A program made the position numbers and the translations under genes. A stretch of DNA of 57,672 nt from Anaeromyxobacteraceae bacterium. Lineage in GTDB: Bacteria; Myxococcota; Myxococcia; Myxococcales; Anaeromyxobacteraceae. Position 1 is the first letter of the stretch; the number at the start of each line of letters is the position of its first letter. The stretch spans positions 1 to 57,672 of the forward strand of contig DATLJU010000266.1 in NCBI GenBank assembly GCA_035538735.1, written 5' to 3'. Below the pieces are notes generated by a model. The model saw only the letters and a program-made list of their open reading frames with translations, searched no databases and was not told the DNA's origin. Positions 21,888 through 32,191 of the stretch are shown here, piece after piece.

Positions 21888-22180
21888 AGCCGGGGGGCCG
21901 CCGCTCGTAGCCGGCGGCGGCCCCTGCTCCGAGCCCGCCAGCGGAGCGCAGCACCCTCTTTCAGCGTCACCCGGCCGGAGGCGCTGACCCCGGCTGCCAT
22001 CGTCACCGATCGAGCAGCTCTCCCGACGCTGCGCCTCAGGTGGGAGCGAGACGCCCCTCGCGTCGCCACCATGACGCGGGCCCTACAACGCGTCGTGCTC
22101 CCTTTGGGCAGCCGCCTGGTCGGGCCGCCGTGCCAAACGTTCGGCGCGATTGAGCGGCATCAACACTGGGGGTAAACGAT

Positions 22181-22792
22181 ATGATCAGGAGAGCAGGGTT
22201 CGCCCTGGCAGTGGCGGGGCTCATGGGTGGGTTCGCGGCGACGTCTGCCGTGGCGGGCGACAACGAGAAGGAGCAAGGGCGTAACTCGAGCCCATACGTC
22301 GTCGGGGTGTGGAAGCTCATCCTGGACAAGAACCCGAAGAAGCCTCCCCGCGTGGACACGGAGGTCAGGTTCATCAACCCGACGCAGCTGACGGTAACCC
22401 TCGAGTACGCCTTCTTCGAGCTGGACGGGACGTTCTGCGGCTGCGACCGGGACACGTTCCAGCCGAACAAGACCACCATCTACACGATGAATGACGAGAC
22501 GACCACGCAGTCGCCGATCGGGAAGACGGTGTTCACCTGCCAGGGCACGAGCGGCGCGCTGAAGTCGATCGTCTTCCTGAACAACGGGCAGGAGATCTTC
22601 CTGGACGAGACGTCTCAGGTCGGGTTCACGACCCACGTTTTTGGTGACGTCGACGAAGACCTCACCACACACTTCCTCACAGGGAAGGTCATGACCGAGT
22701 CGGGGATGGTGCCCGTCCCCATCAACGATGAGACGCGGAAGGAGATCCAGCAGATTCACGATCAGTGCAATATGGTCAACGGCCCGCTGTAG
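22181..22792 (+). CDS. Hypothetical secreted protein
   Basis: Signal peptide ending AVA, strong GC3 bias, FCGCD motif; no recognised family. Confidence 0.75.
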   Translation: MIRRAGFALAVAGLMGGFAATSAVAGDNEKEQGRNSSPYVVGVWKLILDKNPKKPPRVDTEVRFINPTQLTVTLEYAFFELDGTFCGCDRDTFQPNKTTIYTMNDETTTQSPIGKTVFTCQGTSGALKSIVFLNNGQEIFLDETSQVGFTTHVFGDVDEDLTTHFLTGKVMTESGMVPVPINDETRKEIQQIHDQCNMVNGPL

Positions 22793-22901
22793 CCGAGGCG
22801 CGATGCCGTGAAGCGGATAGAGGACCGCGCGCCTCGAGCGACGGTCCTCGTTCAGCGACGCCCGCGCTCTCCGTGAGCGCGGGCGCTCTGCGCCTCCGGC
22901 T

Positions 22902-23858
22902 CTATCGCCCGTGGGAGAGCCACACCAGCGACCCGAGCCCCGCGAGCAGCGCGCCGAGGGCGACCGTGATCGCGAGGTGGCGCGCGACGCGCCGGGGCGG
23001 GCGGCGGCCCGCGGCCGGGTCGCGGGGTGCGACGGCGGAAGGGTCCTCGAGATCGCGGAGCAGCTCCGTGGCGCTGGCGTAGCGGTCACGGGGAGCGAGC
23101 TCCAGCGCCTTGAGGAGGATCGCCTCGAGCGACCGGTCGAAGCCCGGCACGTAGGAGCTGGGCGGCCTGGCCGGTCCCCTCTGCTTCGCGCGAAGCACCG
23201 CCACGCCAGTCGAGCTCGCATACGGCAAGCGCCCGGTGAGCATCTCGTAGAGCATCGTCCCGAGGGCGTAGACGTCGGTCCTCGCGTCTCCACGCCGGCC
23301 GCGGATCTGCTCGGGTGCCATGTAGTCCGGCGTGCCGAGCGCGTGGGCCAGGCCCGCCCACGTCAGGCGGCGCGCGGCCTGCGCGGTCGCGATCCCGAAG
23401 TCGATGATCTTCAGCTCGCCCGACGAGGTCACGAGGACGTTCTCGGGCTTGATGTCGCGGTGGATGACCCCGTTCGCGTGCATGTACGCGAGCGCTCCGC
23501 AGATCTGCCGGGCCATGCCCAGCGCCTTCTCGACGGGGAGCGGCCTCTCCTTCTGGAGGATCGCGGAGAGCGGCACCCCCTCGACGTACTCCAGCACCAT
23601 GTACATCCGGCTCTTCTCGCGAGGCCGGAGCACCTTGACGATGCCAGGGTGCGCGAGCCGTAGCCCGATCTCCTCCTCGCGCTGGAAGCGCTGGAAGAAG
23701 ACGACGTCGGCCTCGTACTGGACGTGGGGGATCTTCACGACCACCGCCGCGCCCGTCTCCCGGTCGATGGCCTTGAAGATGGAGGCCATCCCGCTGCGCG
23801 CCACGAGATCCGTGAGCTGGTACTGATCGAGCTCGTCGCCGACGTTCGGGTCGCGCAT
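22902..23858 (-). CDS. Hanks-type Ser/Thr protein kinase with C-terminal TM helix
   Basis: VVVKIP, HRDIKPEN, DFG, GTPDYMAPE, terminal hydrophobic helix. Confidence 0.93.
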   Translation of the reverse strand: MRDPNVGDELDQYQLTDLVARSGMASIFKAIDRETGAAVVVKIPHVQYEADVVFFQRFQREEEIGLRLAHPGIVKVLRPREKSRMYMVLEYVEGVPLSAILQKERPLPVEKALGMARQICGALAYMHANGVIHRDIKPENVLVTSSGELKIIDFGIATAQAARRLTWAGLAHALGTPDYMAPEQIRGRRGDARTDVYALGTMLYEMLTGRLPYASSTGVAVLRAKQRGPARPPSSYVPGFDRSLEAILLKALELAPRDRYASATELLRDLEDPSAVAPRDPAAGRRPPRRVARHLAITVALGALLAGLGSLVWLSHGR

Positions 23859-23885
23859 CAGGTCACCGCGGTGTGGTGGGCAGCG

Positions 23886-25040
23886 TTACTCGAAGAGCGG
23901 TGCGCGCAGCCGGCGGTCGAGCAGCGAGAGGGCCTCGAGGAACACCTCAGGCGTCGGCAGGCGCGACACGACCAGGTAACCGTGGCGTGGCAGCCCCTGG
24001 GTGAAGCCGGGCAGCACGGCGACGCCGTCCTCGAGCAACCTCAGGCAGAGCGACTCCTCGTCCTCCGCGCCGCCGATCCGGAGCACGGCCCAGCAGCCGC
24101 CGGCTCCACGCTCCACGGTCCAGGAGGACTCTCCCAGTGCCGCGCTCGCGAGGAGCGCTCGGTTCCTGCTGAGGCGCGTCCGCAGCTCCGCCAGGAATCG
24201 CTCGCGCCGGGCGAGGAGCGCGGGGACCGCGGCCAGCGCCGGTCCCGGCGCCGCGCCGCTCGCCTCGATGGCGAGCTCGAGACGCGCCAGCACCGGCGCC
24301 ACGAGCTCGTCCGGCCCGGCTCCGGCCACCCACTCCGCCCCGAGCGCCAGCAGCCCGCAGACGCCGGAGAGCCCGGACAGGTGGAACCCGGCGCACCGGG
24401 TCACCTCGATCACGCTCGCGCCCCCGTCCAGCGTGTCCATGAACGCTTCGTCCGCGACGATCGCGATGCCGCGCTGGCTACAGAGATCCTCCACGAACGC
24501 GAGGTCCTCGCGCGAGAGCGCCGCGCCGGTCGGTTGCGATGGGTTGCCCACGAGGATCGCCCGCGTCCGCCCGGTGACCGCCTTCTCCAGGGACCTCCGA
24601 TCGATTCGCCACGTACCATCGTAGACGAGGGCGTAGGTGACGACGCGTACGGATTCCGTCGCGACCGGCAGCTCGACGACCGCGCGGCTCGGCGAGGCGA
24701 CGAGGACCTCGTCGCCCGGGCGGCACAGGAGCTCCACGAGCAGGCGCTGAGCCATGCCGATCGAGGCCGTGAGCTGGATGTGCTCCGGGGGGACCAAGAC
24801 GCTTCGGCCAGCGAGGTAGCTCGCCACGGCCTCGCGAGCCCGTGATCGGACGAGCTCCGGTTGACCTCCCGTGGCCCGGGATTCCTCGAGGAGTCCCTCG
24901 AGCTCGGCGTGATCCCAGCCCAGCCCCCAGCGCGCCGGATCGGAGTCCGTGAGATCGAGCAACGCGGACCCGGAGGTTCGGGCGCGATCGAGCCGAGCGG
25001 CGAAGGCCTCGTCGGGCCGGCGTGAGCTCGCGGTAGTCAT
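23886..25040 (-). CDS. Class I/II aminotransferase-fold protein lacking the PLP lysine
   Basis: NPSQPTG and ADEAF retained; LSGLSGVCGL where the family has S-x-S-K; ATG 25040. Confidence 0.75.
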   Translation of the reverse strand: MTTASSRRPDEAFAARLDRARTSGSALLDLTDSDPARWGLGWDHAELEGLLEESRATGGQPELVRSRAREAVASYLAGRSVLVPPEHIQLTASIGMAQRLLVELLCRPGDEVLVASPSRAVVELPVATESVRVVTYALVYDGTWRIDRRSLEKAVTGRTRAILVGNPSQPTGAALSREDLAFVEDLCSQRGIAIVADEAFMDTLDGGASVIEVTRCAGFHLSGLSGVCGLLALGAEWVAGAGPDELVAPVLARLELAIEASGAAPGPALAAVPALLARRERFLAELRTRLSRNRALLASAALGESSWTVERGAGGCWAVLRIGGAEDEESLCLRLLEDGVAVLPGFTQGLPRHGYLVVSRLPTPEVFLEALSLLDRRLRAPLFE

Positions 25041-25052
25041 GGTGGACGGTGC

Positions 25053-25068
25053 AGCACGGGGCGTGCCG
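25053..25068 (-). promoter_or_regulatory. Sigma54-type promoter of the aminotransferase-like/kinase operon
   Basis: Minus strand CGGCACGCCCCGTGCT (GG-N10-GC). Confidence 0.55.
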
Positions 25069-25151
25069 TTCCGAACCTCGCGAAACCAGGGGGACTCTCT
25101 GCCGAGCCCGCCGCGGACCTTGTCGTTTGCGAGGCAGAGCCCCGTCCGCGC

Positions 25152-25165
25152 CTTGCGAAATGCAG
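25152..25165. promoter_or_regulatory. Candidate bEBP binding site shared with the kdp promoter region
   Basis: CTTGCGAAATGCAG vs CTTGCGGAATGCAG at 26228-26241 (13/14). Confidence 0.5.
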
Positions 25166-25225
25166 GCACCCGCGAGCAGCCCATCCCTCGACCGGTGCAG
25201 TCCCAAGAGTCTTCACCGACGCGGA

Positions 25226-25996
25226 TCAGCTCGGAATGCGCTCGGGCAAGGCGGAGACATCGAGCGAGCCGCCAGGGGCCAGGATCACCAGGCGCTCCAG
25301 CACGCTCATCAGCTCGGAGACGTTTCCTGGCCAGGAGTACGCGACGAGGGCGCGCTCCAGGTCGGGCGACAGCTCCGGAGGAGGGCACCCTTCCTTGCTC
25401 GCGAGGGATGCCACGAACGTACGCGCGAGCGGGAGGATGTCCTCCGTTCGCTCGCGCAGCGGTGGAATCCGGATCTCGCACACGCACAACCGGTAGAACA
25501 GGTCCTTGCGCAGGCGGCCGATCCTCATCTCGACGTCGAGGTCGTGGCGCGTGCTGGCGACGACGCGGATCGCCAGCGCTGGGGGAGCGCGTTCGTCCTT
25601 CGACTCCGCTTCGCGGAGCCTGTCCTGAGCGGAGGCCGCGGAGCGGCCGGAGTCGAAGGGCTCAGGACGAACGGAAGGCAACCTACGCTCCAGGAACTTG
25701 AGCGCCGAGGCCTGTGCGGCGGGGGAGAGCTCGGCGACCTCGTCGAGGAAGAGCGTCCCCGTCCGCGCCGCGTCCGCGTGCATGGACAGGTCGCCGGTCG
25801 CTGCAGGACAGTCCACCCGGACGAAAGGCAGCGCCGCGCGAGCGGACATCGCGTGGAGGGCGCGCCCGAACGTCGTCTTGCCCGCGCCGGTCTCTCCGAC
25901 CAGCAGCACAGGGACGTCGTGTCGAGCCGCTTGGGCCAGCAAACGGCCGAAGGCGCGCATGGCGGGCGAAGCACCCTCGAGCGCGAGGTCCGACAT
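25226..25996 (-). CDS. Degenerate sigma54-activator AAA+ protein (no GAFTGA, receiver or HTH)
   Basis: GETGAGKT, FLDEV, DLFYRL, WPGNVSEL present; GAFTGA loop deleted; ends ALPERIPS*. Confidence 0.72.
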   Translation of the reverse strand: MSDLALEGASPAMRAFGRLLAQAARHDVPVLLVGETGAGKTTFGRALHAMSARAALPFVRVDCPAATGDLSMHADAARTGTLFLDEVAELSPAAQASALKFLERRLPSVRPEPFDSGRSAASAQDRLREAESKDERAPPALAIRVVASTRHDLDVEMRIGRLRKDLFYRLCVCEIRIPPLRERTEDILPLARTFVASLASKEGCPPPELSPDLERALVAYSWPGNVSELMSVLERLVILAPGGSLDVSALPERIPS

Positions 25997-26009
25997 GAGC
26001 GTCGTCAAG

Positions 26010-26025
26010 AGCACGACGCGTGCCA
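26010..26025 (-). promoter_or_regulatory. Sigma54-type promoter of the degenerate bEBP
   Basis: Minus strand TGGCACGCGTCGTGCT. Confidence 0.55.
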
Positions 26026-26283
26026 CGGGAACACGGGGCGTCCCGCCGTGGCGGGTGGTGCGCCGAGGAGCGGCTCCAGGTGTCGTGGTCTTCCCTCGGG
26101 GTGCGACGAAACGTGAAAGCGACCTCACCGCCAGCAGGTCGCCGCCTCGCTTGCACGTCGGCCCGCCGGGGCAGGGGGAACACCCCGGCGACGTCGTGCG
26201 GAGTGCGGCGGCCGCGCCGTGGGCGAGCTTGCGGAATGCAGGGCGCGCCGCCGGCGTCAGCGACAGTACGCGCACTTACGCCC

Positions 26284-26299
26284 TGGCACCTCGCGTGCA
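26284..26299 (+). promoter_or_regulatory. Sigma54-type promoter of the kdp operon
   Basis: TGGCACCTCGCGTGCA, about 24 nt before the first ATG. Confidence 0.7.
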
Positions 26300-26322
26300 C
26301 ACCTGGGCGGGCAGGGTGGATC

Positions 26323-26403
26323 ATGGACTTCCTGTTCGTCGTCTTCACTGTCGCCTTCTTCGCGGTCAGCCTCGCCTACGTGCGCGGGTGCGATCGGCTG
26401 TGA
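26323..26403 (+). CDS. Small hydrophobic kdp-associated peptide (26 aa)
   Basis: MDFLFVVFTVAFFAVSLAYVRGCDRL, single TM, directly upstream of kdpF. Confidence 0.75.
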   Translation: MDFLFVVFTVAFFAVSLAYVRGCDRL

Positions 26404-26410
26404 GTTCCCC

Positions 26411-26500
26411 ATGAACTTCGAGTACGCCATCGGCATCGTCCTCTCGGTGCTGCTCTCCGGTTATCTCGGTTACGCGTTGATCCGCCCGGAGCGGTTCTGA
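26411..26500 (+). CDS. kdpF: K+-transporting ATPase subunit F
   Basis: MNFEYAIGIVLSVLLSGYLGYALIRPERF with the KdpF signature YL.YAL..PERF. Confidence 0.9.
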   Translation: MNFEYAIGIVLSVLLSGYLGYALIRPERF

Positions 26501-26510
26501 GGAGGGACTC

Positions 26511-28232
26511 ATGACCGCCAACGGATGGATCCAGATCGGGCTCTTCGCCCTCGTCATCTTCGCGATCACCAAGCCACTCGGGCTCTACATGTACCGGGTG
26601 TTCGAGGGTGACCGGCAGCCGTGGCCGCGCGTCTTCGGGCCGCTCGAGCGGTGGCTGTATCGCCTCTGCGGCGTCGATCCGAAGAAGGAACACGGCTGGA
26701 AGGCCTACACCGTCGCGATGCTCCTCTTCAGCTTCTTCGGCCTCGTCGTCACCTACGGCATCGAGCGGCTGCAGCACCTGCTGCCCTTCAATCCGCAGAA
26801 GCTCGGGCCCGTCCCCTCCGATCTCGCCTGGAACACCGCCGTCAGCTTCACGACGAACACCAACTGGCAGAACTACGGCGGCGAGAGCACGATGAGCTAC
26901 CTCACGCAGATGGCGGGGCTCGCGTGGCACAACTTCACGTCGGCCGCCGTCGGCCTCGGGATCGCCTTGGCGCTCGCGCGCGGGCTCACTCGCCAGCCCG
27001 GCCCGACCGGCCCCAAGACGCTCGGGAACTTCTGGGTCGACGTCATCCGCTCGATCGTCTACGTGCTGCTGCCCATCTCGATCGTCGGGACGCTCGTGCT
27101 CGTCGCGTCCGGCGTCCCGCAGACCCTCTCGGCGAATCACGAGGTCACGACGCTCGAGGGGCTGAAGCAGATCATCGCAGTCGGCCCGGTCGCCTCGCAG
27201 GAGGTGATCAAGCTGCTCGGCACGAACGGCGGCGGCTTCTTCAACGCCAACAGCGCGCACCCCTTCGAGAACCCGACGCCGTTCACGAACTTCTTCGAGA
27301 TGGTGCTCATCTTCTGCATCCCCGCGGCGCTCACGTACACCTACGGGAAGATGGCGCGCGATACGCGCCAGGGTTGGGCCATCTTCGCCGCGGCGGCGGT
27401 GCTCTTCTTCGCCGGAATCACGGTCGCCTACCACTCCGAGTCGCGACACAACCCCGCGCTCTCCACCCTCGCCGTGAGCCACGGCCTCGGCAACATGGAG
27501 GGCAAGGAGGTCCGCTTCGGAGTGGCGAACAGCGCGCTCTTCGCCACGGTGACGACCGACACCTCCTGCGGCGCCGTCAACGCCATGCACGACAGCTTCA
27601 CGCCGCTCGGCGGGCTGGTGCCGCTCGTCAACATCAAGCTCGGCGAGGTGGTGTTCGGCGGGGTCGGGGCGGGCCTCTACGCGCTGCTGGTGATGGTCGT
27701 CCTGACCGTCTTCATCGCGGGGCTCATGGTGGGGCGCACCCCCGAGTACCTGGGGAAGAAGATCGAGGGGAGGGAGATGAAGCTCGCGATGCTCTACGTG
27801 CTCGTGTTTCCGATCGTCATCCTCACGCTGAGCGGCTGGGCCGCGGTCGTGCCTTACGGTACGTCGGCGCTCGGCAACGCCGGGCCGCACGGGTTGTCGG
27901 AGATCCTCTACGCGTACGCGAGCCAGGCGGCGAACAACGGCTCGGCCTTCGCCGGCCTCTCCGGGAACACCAAGTTCTGGAACATCTCCGGGGGCTGGGA
28001 CATGCTCATCGGGCGCTTCCTCATGGCCATCCCGGCGCTCGCCATCGCGGGCTCGATGATCGGTAAGAAGACCGTGCCGGCGGGTCCGGGCACCTTCCCC
28101 ACCACGGGCGCCACGTTCACGGTGCTCCTCGTCTCGGTGATCCTCGTCGTCAGCGCCCTGACGTTCTTCCCCACGCTGGCGCTCGGTCCCGTCCTCGAGC
28201 ACTTCTCGGCGCTCGCCGGAAAGGTGTTCTAG
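26511..28232 (+). CDS. kdpA: K+-transporting ATPase subunit A
   Basis: [31 protein letters not shown]. Confidence 0.98.
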   Translation: MTANGWIQIGLFALVIFAITKPLGLYMYRVFEGDRQPWPRVFGPLERWLYRLCGVDPKKEHGWKAYTVAMLLFSFFGLVVTYGIERLQHLLPFNPQKLGPVPSDLAWNTAVSFTTNTNWQNYGGESTMSYLTQMAGLAWHNFTSAAVGLGIALALARGLTRQPGPTGPKTLGNFWVDVIRSIVYVLLPISIVGTLVLVASGVPQTLSANHEVTTLEGLKQIIAVGPVASQEVIKLLGTNGGGFFNANSAHPFENPTPFTNFFEMVLIFCIPAALTYTYGKMARDTRQGWAIFAAAAVLFFAGITVAYHSESRHNPALSTLAVSHGLGNMEGKEVRFGVANSALFATVTTDTSCGAVNAMHDSFTPLGGLVPLVNIKLGEVVFGGVGAGLYALLVMVVLTVFIAGLMVGRTPEYLGKKIEGREMKLAMLYVLVFPIVILTLSGWAAVVPYGTSALGNAGPHGLSEILYAYASQAANNGSAFAGLSGNTKFWNISGGWDMLIGRFLMAIPALAIAGSMIGKKTVPAGPGTFPTTGATFTVLLVSVILVVSALTFFPTLALGPVLEHFSALAGKVF

Positions 28233-28234
28233 CC

Positions 28235-30286
28235 ATGGCCGCACAGAAGGCGAAGCAGCTCTCGCTGTTCGATCCCGCCATCGTCCGCCAGGCCGCGATC
28301 GAGAGCCTGAAGAAGCTCGACCCGCGGCACGTCGCGAAGAACCCGGTCATGTTCGTGGTGGAGGTCGGGAGCCTGCTCACGACCCTCCTCTGGCTGCGCG
28401 ACCGGATCCTGCATCCGGCGGGCGCCACCCCGGGGTGGTTCACGCTCACGGTCAGCATCTGGCTGTGGTTCACGGTCGTCTTCGCCAATTTCGCCGAGGC
28501 GGTGGCGGAGGGGCGCGGCAAGGCCCAGGCCGACACGCTCCGCCGGATGCGCCGCGAGATCAAGGCCCGCAAGCTGGTCGGCGACCGCGAGGTGAGCGTC
28601 GACGCCTCGGCGCTGCGCAAGGGGGACGTGGTCGTCGTGGAGGCCGGTCAGATGATCCCCGGCGACGGGGAGATCATCGAGGGCATCGCCTCGGTCGACG
28701 AGTCCGCCATCACTGGCGAGTCGGCACCCGTCATCCGGGAGTCGGGCGGAGATCGGTCCGCCGTGACCGGCGGGACGAAGGTGCTCTCCGATCGCATCGT
28801 GGTGCGCGTGGCTGTCGATCCGGGCGAGTCCTTCCTCGACCGCATGATCGCGCTCGTCGAGGGCGCCGCGCGTCAGAAGACGCCCAACGAGATCGCGCTG
28901 CACATCCTGCTCGTCGGCCTCACCATCGTCTTCCTCTTCGCGTGCGTGACGCTCGTCCCGCTCGCGGCGTACTCGTCGATCCACCTGAGCGCCACGGCCA
29001 TCGTGGCGCTCCTCGTGTGCCTCATCCCGACCACCATCGGCGGGCTTCTCTCGGCCATCGGCATCGCCGGGATGGACCGCCTGCTGCGGAAGAACGTGCT
29101 CGCCATGAGCGGGCGGGCGGTCGAGGCGGCGGGGGACGTCGACACGCTGCTCCTCGACAAGACCGGCACCATCACGCTGGGCAACCGCATGGCCACCGAG
29201 CTCTTCCCCGCGCCGCACGTGAAGATCGAGGACCTGGCCGACGCGGCGCAGCTGGCGAGCCTCGCCGACGAGACGCCCGAGGGTCGCTCCATCGTCGTGC
29301 TGGCGAAGGAGCGCTACGGCCTGCGCGGCCGCGAGGTGAACCACGGAGAGCACACGTTCATCCCGTTCACCGCCCAGACGCGCATGAGCGGCTGCGACAT
29401 CGCCGGGCGCGTCATCCGCAAGGGGGCGGTGGACGCCGTCGCCAAGCACGTCGCCGTCCTCGGCGGCAGCGTCCCCGCCGAGACCGGTGCGGTCGCGGCG
29501 CGCATCGGCGACAGCGGCGGCACGCCGCTCGCGGTCTCCGACGGCGGGCGCGTGCTCGGCGTCGTCCACCTCAAGGACGTCGTGAAGGGCGGCATCAAGG
29601 AGCGGTTCGATCGCTTCCGGGCCATGGGCATCCGCACCGTCATGATCACGGGCGACAACCCGCGCACCGCCGCGGCCATCGCGCGCGAGGCCGGCGTGGA
29701 CGACTTCCTGGCCGAGGCGACGCCCGAGAACAAGATGCGCCTCATCAAGGAGGAGCAGGCGAAAGGCAAGCTCGTCGCGATGACCGGCGACGGCACGAAC
29801 GACGCGCCCGCGCTCGCCCAGGCCGACGTCGGGGTCGCCATGAACACCGGCACGCAGGCGGCGAAGGAGGCCGGCAACATGGTCGACCTCGACTCGAACC
29901 CCACCAAGCTGCTGGAGGTGGTCGAGGTCGGGAAGCAGCTCCTCATGACTCGCGGGACGCTGACCACGTTCTCGATCGCGAACGACGTCGCGAAGTACTT
30001 CGCCATCCTGCCGGCGCTCTTCGTCGTCGCCTACCCGGAGCTGGCGCCGCTCGACGTGATGCACCTCGCGTCTCCGTTCAGCGCCATCCTGGCGGCGGTC
30101 ATCTTCAACGCCATCATCATCGTGCTGCTCATCCCGCTCGCGCTCAAGGGCGTGAAGTACCGGCCCCTCGGCGCGGCGGCGGTGCTGCGGCGATCGCTAC
30201 TCATCTACGGCGCGGGCGGGGTCGTGGCCCCGTTCGTCGGCATCAAGCTCATCGACATGGCGCTGGCCGCGATGGGCGTCGTCTAG
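28235..30286 (+). CDS. kdpB: K+-transporting ATPase subunit B
   Basis: [31 protein letters not shown]. Confidence 0.98.
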   Translation: MAAQKAKQLSLFDPAIVRQAAIESLKKLDPRHVAKNPVMFVVEVGSLLTTLLWLRDRILHPAGATPGWFTLTVSIWLWFTVVFANFAEAVAEGRGKAQADTLRRMRREIKARKLVGDREVSVDASALRKGDVVVVEAGQMIPGDGEIIEGIASVDESAITGESAPVIRESGGDRSAVTGGTKVLSDRIVVRVAVDPGESFLDRMIALVEGAARQKTPNEIALHILLVGLTIVFLFACVTLVPLAAYSSIHLSATAIVALLVCLIPTTIGGLLSAIGIAGMDRLLRKNVLAMSGRAVEAAGDVDTLLLDKTGTITLGNRMATELFPAPHVKIEDLADAAQLASLADETPEGRSIVVLAKERYGLRGREVNHGEHTFIPFTAQTRMSGCDIAGRVIRKGAVDAVAKHVAVLGGSVPAETGAVAARIGDSGGTPLAVSDGGRVLGVVHLKDVVKGGIKERFDRFRAMGIRTVMITGDNPRTAAAIAREAGVDDFLAEATPENKMRLIKEEQAKGKLVAMTGDGTNDAPALAQADVGVAMNTGTQAAKEAGNMVDLDSNPTKLLEVVEVGKQLLMTRGTLTTFSIANDVAKYFAILPALFVVAYPELAPLDVMHLASPFSAILAAVIFNAIIIVLLIPLALKGVKYRPLGAAAVLRRSLLIYGAGGVVAPFVGIKLIDMALAAMGVV

Positions 30287-30295
30287 GAGGACATC

Positions 30296-30994
30296 ATGAG
30301 CAAGAACGTCGCTCACGCCATCCCCGCTCCGCCGGCACCCCTGGGGCCCCCCGCCGCCAAGGAGTCCTGGCTCGACCACCTGGCGCCGGCCATCCGCGCC
30401 ACCGTCGTGACGCTCCTCTTGACCGGGCTGCTCTACCCGCTCGCCATGACGGGGCTCGCGCAGGTGCTCTTCCACCGCCAGGCGGAAGGGAGCCTGGTCG
30501 CGGACGCCACCGGCAAGATCGTGGGCTCCGAGCTCCTGGCGCAGGGCTTCTCCGGCGCGGGCTACTTCCAGCCGCGGCCCTCCGCGGCGGGTGAGAAGGG
30601 GTACGACGCGCTCGCGTCCGGCGGCTCCAACCTCGGCCCCACCTCGAAGAAGCTCCGCGACCAGGCGGCCACCGCGCTCGAGAAGCTCCAGCAGCAGAAC
30701 CCCGGCGCCCCAGGCCCCGCTCCGGTGGAGCTCGTGACGGCGTCGGGGAGCGGCCTCGACCCGCACCTCTCGCCTGGGGCGGCCGCGTGGCAGGCGCCGC
30801 GGGTGGCGCGAGCGCGCGGCGTCTCCGCCGATCGGGTGCTCACCCTCGTGGAGGAGTACACTGAAGGGCGGGATCTCAGCGTCCTCGGCGAACCGCGTGT
30901 GAACGTCCTCGAGCTGAACCTGGCGTTGGATCGACGCTTCGGCGCTCCGGGAGGCGCCACCCAGGCGGCAGTACCGCCCGAACCGGGGAAGTGA
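30296..30994 (+). CDS. kdpC: K+-transporting ATPase subunit C
   Basis: YFQPRPSA, VTASGSGLDPH, VNVLELNLALD. Confidence 0.97.
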   Translation: MSKNVAHAIPAPPAPLGPPAAKESWLDHLAPAIRATVVTLLLTGLLYPLAMTGLAQVLFHRQAEGSLVADATGKIVGSELLAQGFSGAGYFQPRPSAAGEKGYDALASGGSNLGPTSKKLRDQAATALEKLQQQNPGAPGPAPVELVTASGSGLDPHLSPGAAAWQAPRVARARGVSADRVLTLVEEYTEGRDLSVLGEPRVNVLELNLALDRRFGAPGGATQAAVPPEPGK

Positions 30995-31027
30995 GCCCGC
31001 CCCGGCGGGCGGAGACGAGAGGAGTCG

Positions 31028-32191
31028 ATGGCGATCAGCGCCACCACGGCCAAGCACCCGACCCCGCAGGACTTCCTCGAGCTGCTCGAGCGCTCGAAGC
31101 GCGGCCGCCTCAAGCTCTACATCGGGTTCGCCGCGGGCGTCGGCAAGACCTGGCGCATGCTCGAGGAGGCGCACGCGCTGAAGCGGCGCGGCGTGGACGT
31201 GGTCGGGGGGTTCATCGAGACGCACGGGCGCGCCGAGACGGCCGCGCTCATCGGCGATCTCGAGGTCGTCCCCCGGCGTGCCGTCGAGTACCGCGGCGTG
31301 GTCGTGGAGGAGATGGACCTCGAAGCCATCCTGCGCCGCATGCCGGCCGTCGCGGTCGTGGACGAGATCCCGCACACCAACGTCCCCGGCTCGAAGAACC
31401 GGAAGCGCTATCAGGACGTGCTGGACCTGCTCGCCGCCGGGATCAACGTCATCGGCGCGCTCAACATCCAGCACCTGGAGTCGCTCAACGATCTCATCGC
31501 GCGCAACACCCACGTGACGGTCCGGGAGACGGTGCCCGACAGCTTCCTCGAGCAGGCCGACCAGGTCGTGAACCTCGATCTCGCGGTGGAGGACCTGCTC
31601 GAGCGCCTCAAGGCGGGCAAGATCTACCCCACGGAGAAGATCCCGTGGGCGCTCGAGCACTTCTTCCGCGACGCGAACCTCGCGACGCTGCGCGAGCTGT
31701 CGCTGCGCGAGGTGGCGGAGAGCCTCGACCGCTCGGCGGCGCAGCGGACGGACGTCGGCGCGGGCGCGCAGCGCGCCGCGGGGCGCGTCATGGTGTGCCT
31801 CTCCTCGAACCCACCGCACGCGCTGGCCCTGCTGCGAAGGGGCTCACGGATGGCGGGGCGCCTCAACACCGACTGGTTCGTGGTCTACGTCGAGACGCCG
31901 CGGGAGTCGCCCGAGCGCATCGACTCTGAGGCGCAGCGCCACCTGCTCTCCAACATCGACAAGGCGCGCGAGCTCGGCGCGGAGGTCGTGCGGCTCAAGG
32001 CGTCCGACCCGGCGGAGGCCCTCCTCGACTTCGCGCGCTCGCATCGCGTGGGCGACGTCATCATCGGCAGGACCGAGCTGCCCGGGTGGCGGCGCCTCCT
32101 CCGCTCCTCCGTCGTCGAGCGGCTGGTGCGGGAGGGCGATGGGCTCGACCTGCACGTCATCTCGTTCTTCGAGGGGGAGCCACGCGCATGA
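31028..32191 (+). CDS. kdpD: Stand-alone KdpD N-terminal domain + USP protein (no TM or histidine-kinase domain)
   Basis: GFAAGVGKT, ETHGR, VDEIPHTN, NIQHLESLND; USP domain then stop. Confidence 0.88.
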   Translation: MAISATTAKHPTPQDFLELLERSKRGRLKLYIGFAAGVGKTWRMLEEAHALKRRGVDVVGGFIETHGRAETAALIGDLEVVPRRAVEYRGVVVEEMDLEAILRRMPAVAVVDEIPHTNVPGSKNRKRYQDVLDLLAAGINVIGALNIQHLESLNDLIARNTHVTVRETVPDSFLEQADQVVNLDLAVEDLLERLKAGKIYPTEKIPWALEHFFRDANLATLRELSLREVAESLDRSAAQRTDVGAGAQRAAGRVMVCLSSNPPHALALLRRGSRMAGRLNTDWFVVYVETPRESPERIDSEAQRHLLSNIDKARELGAEVVRLKASDPAEALLDFARSHRVGDVIIGRTELPGWRRLLRSSVVERLVREGDGLDLHVISFFEGEPRA

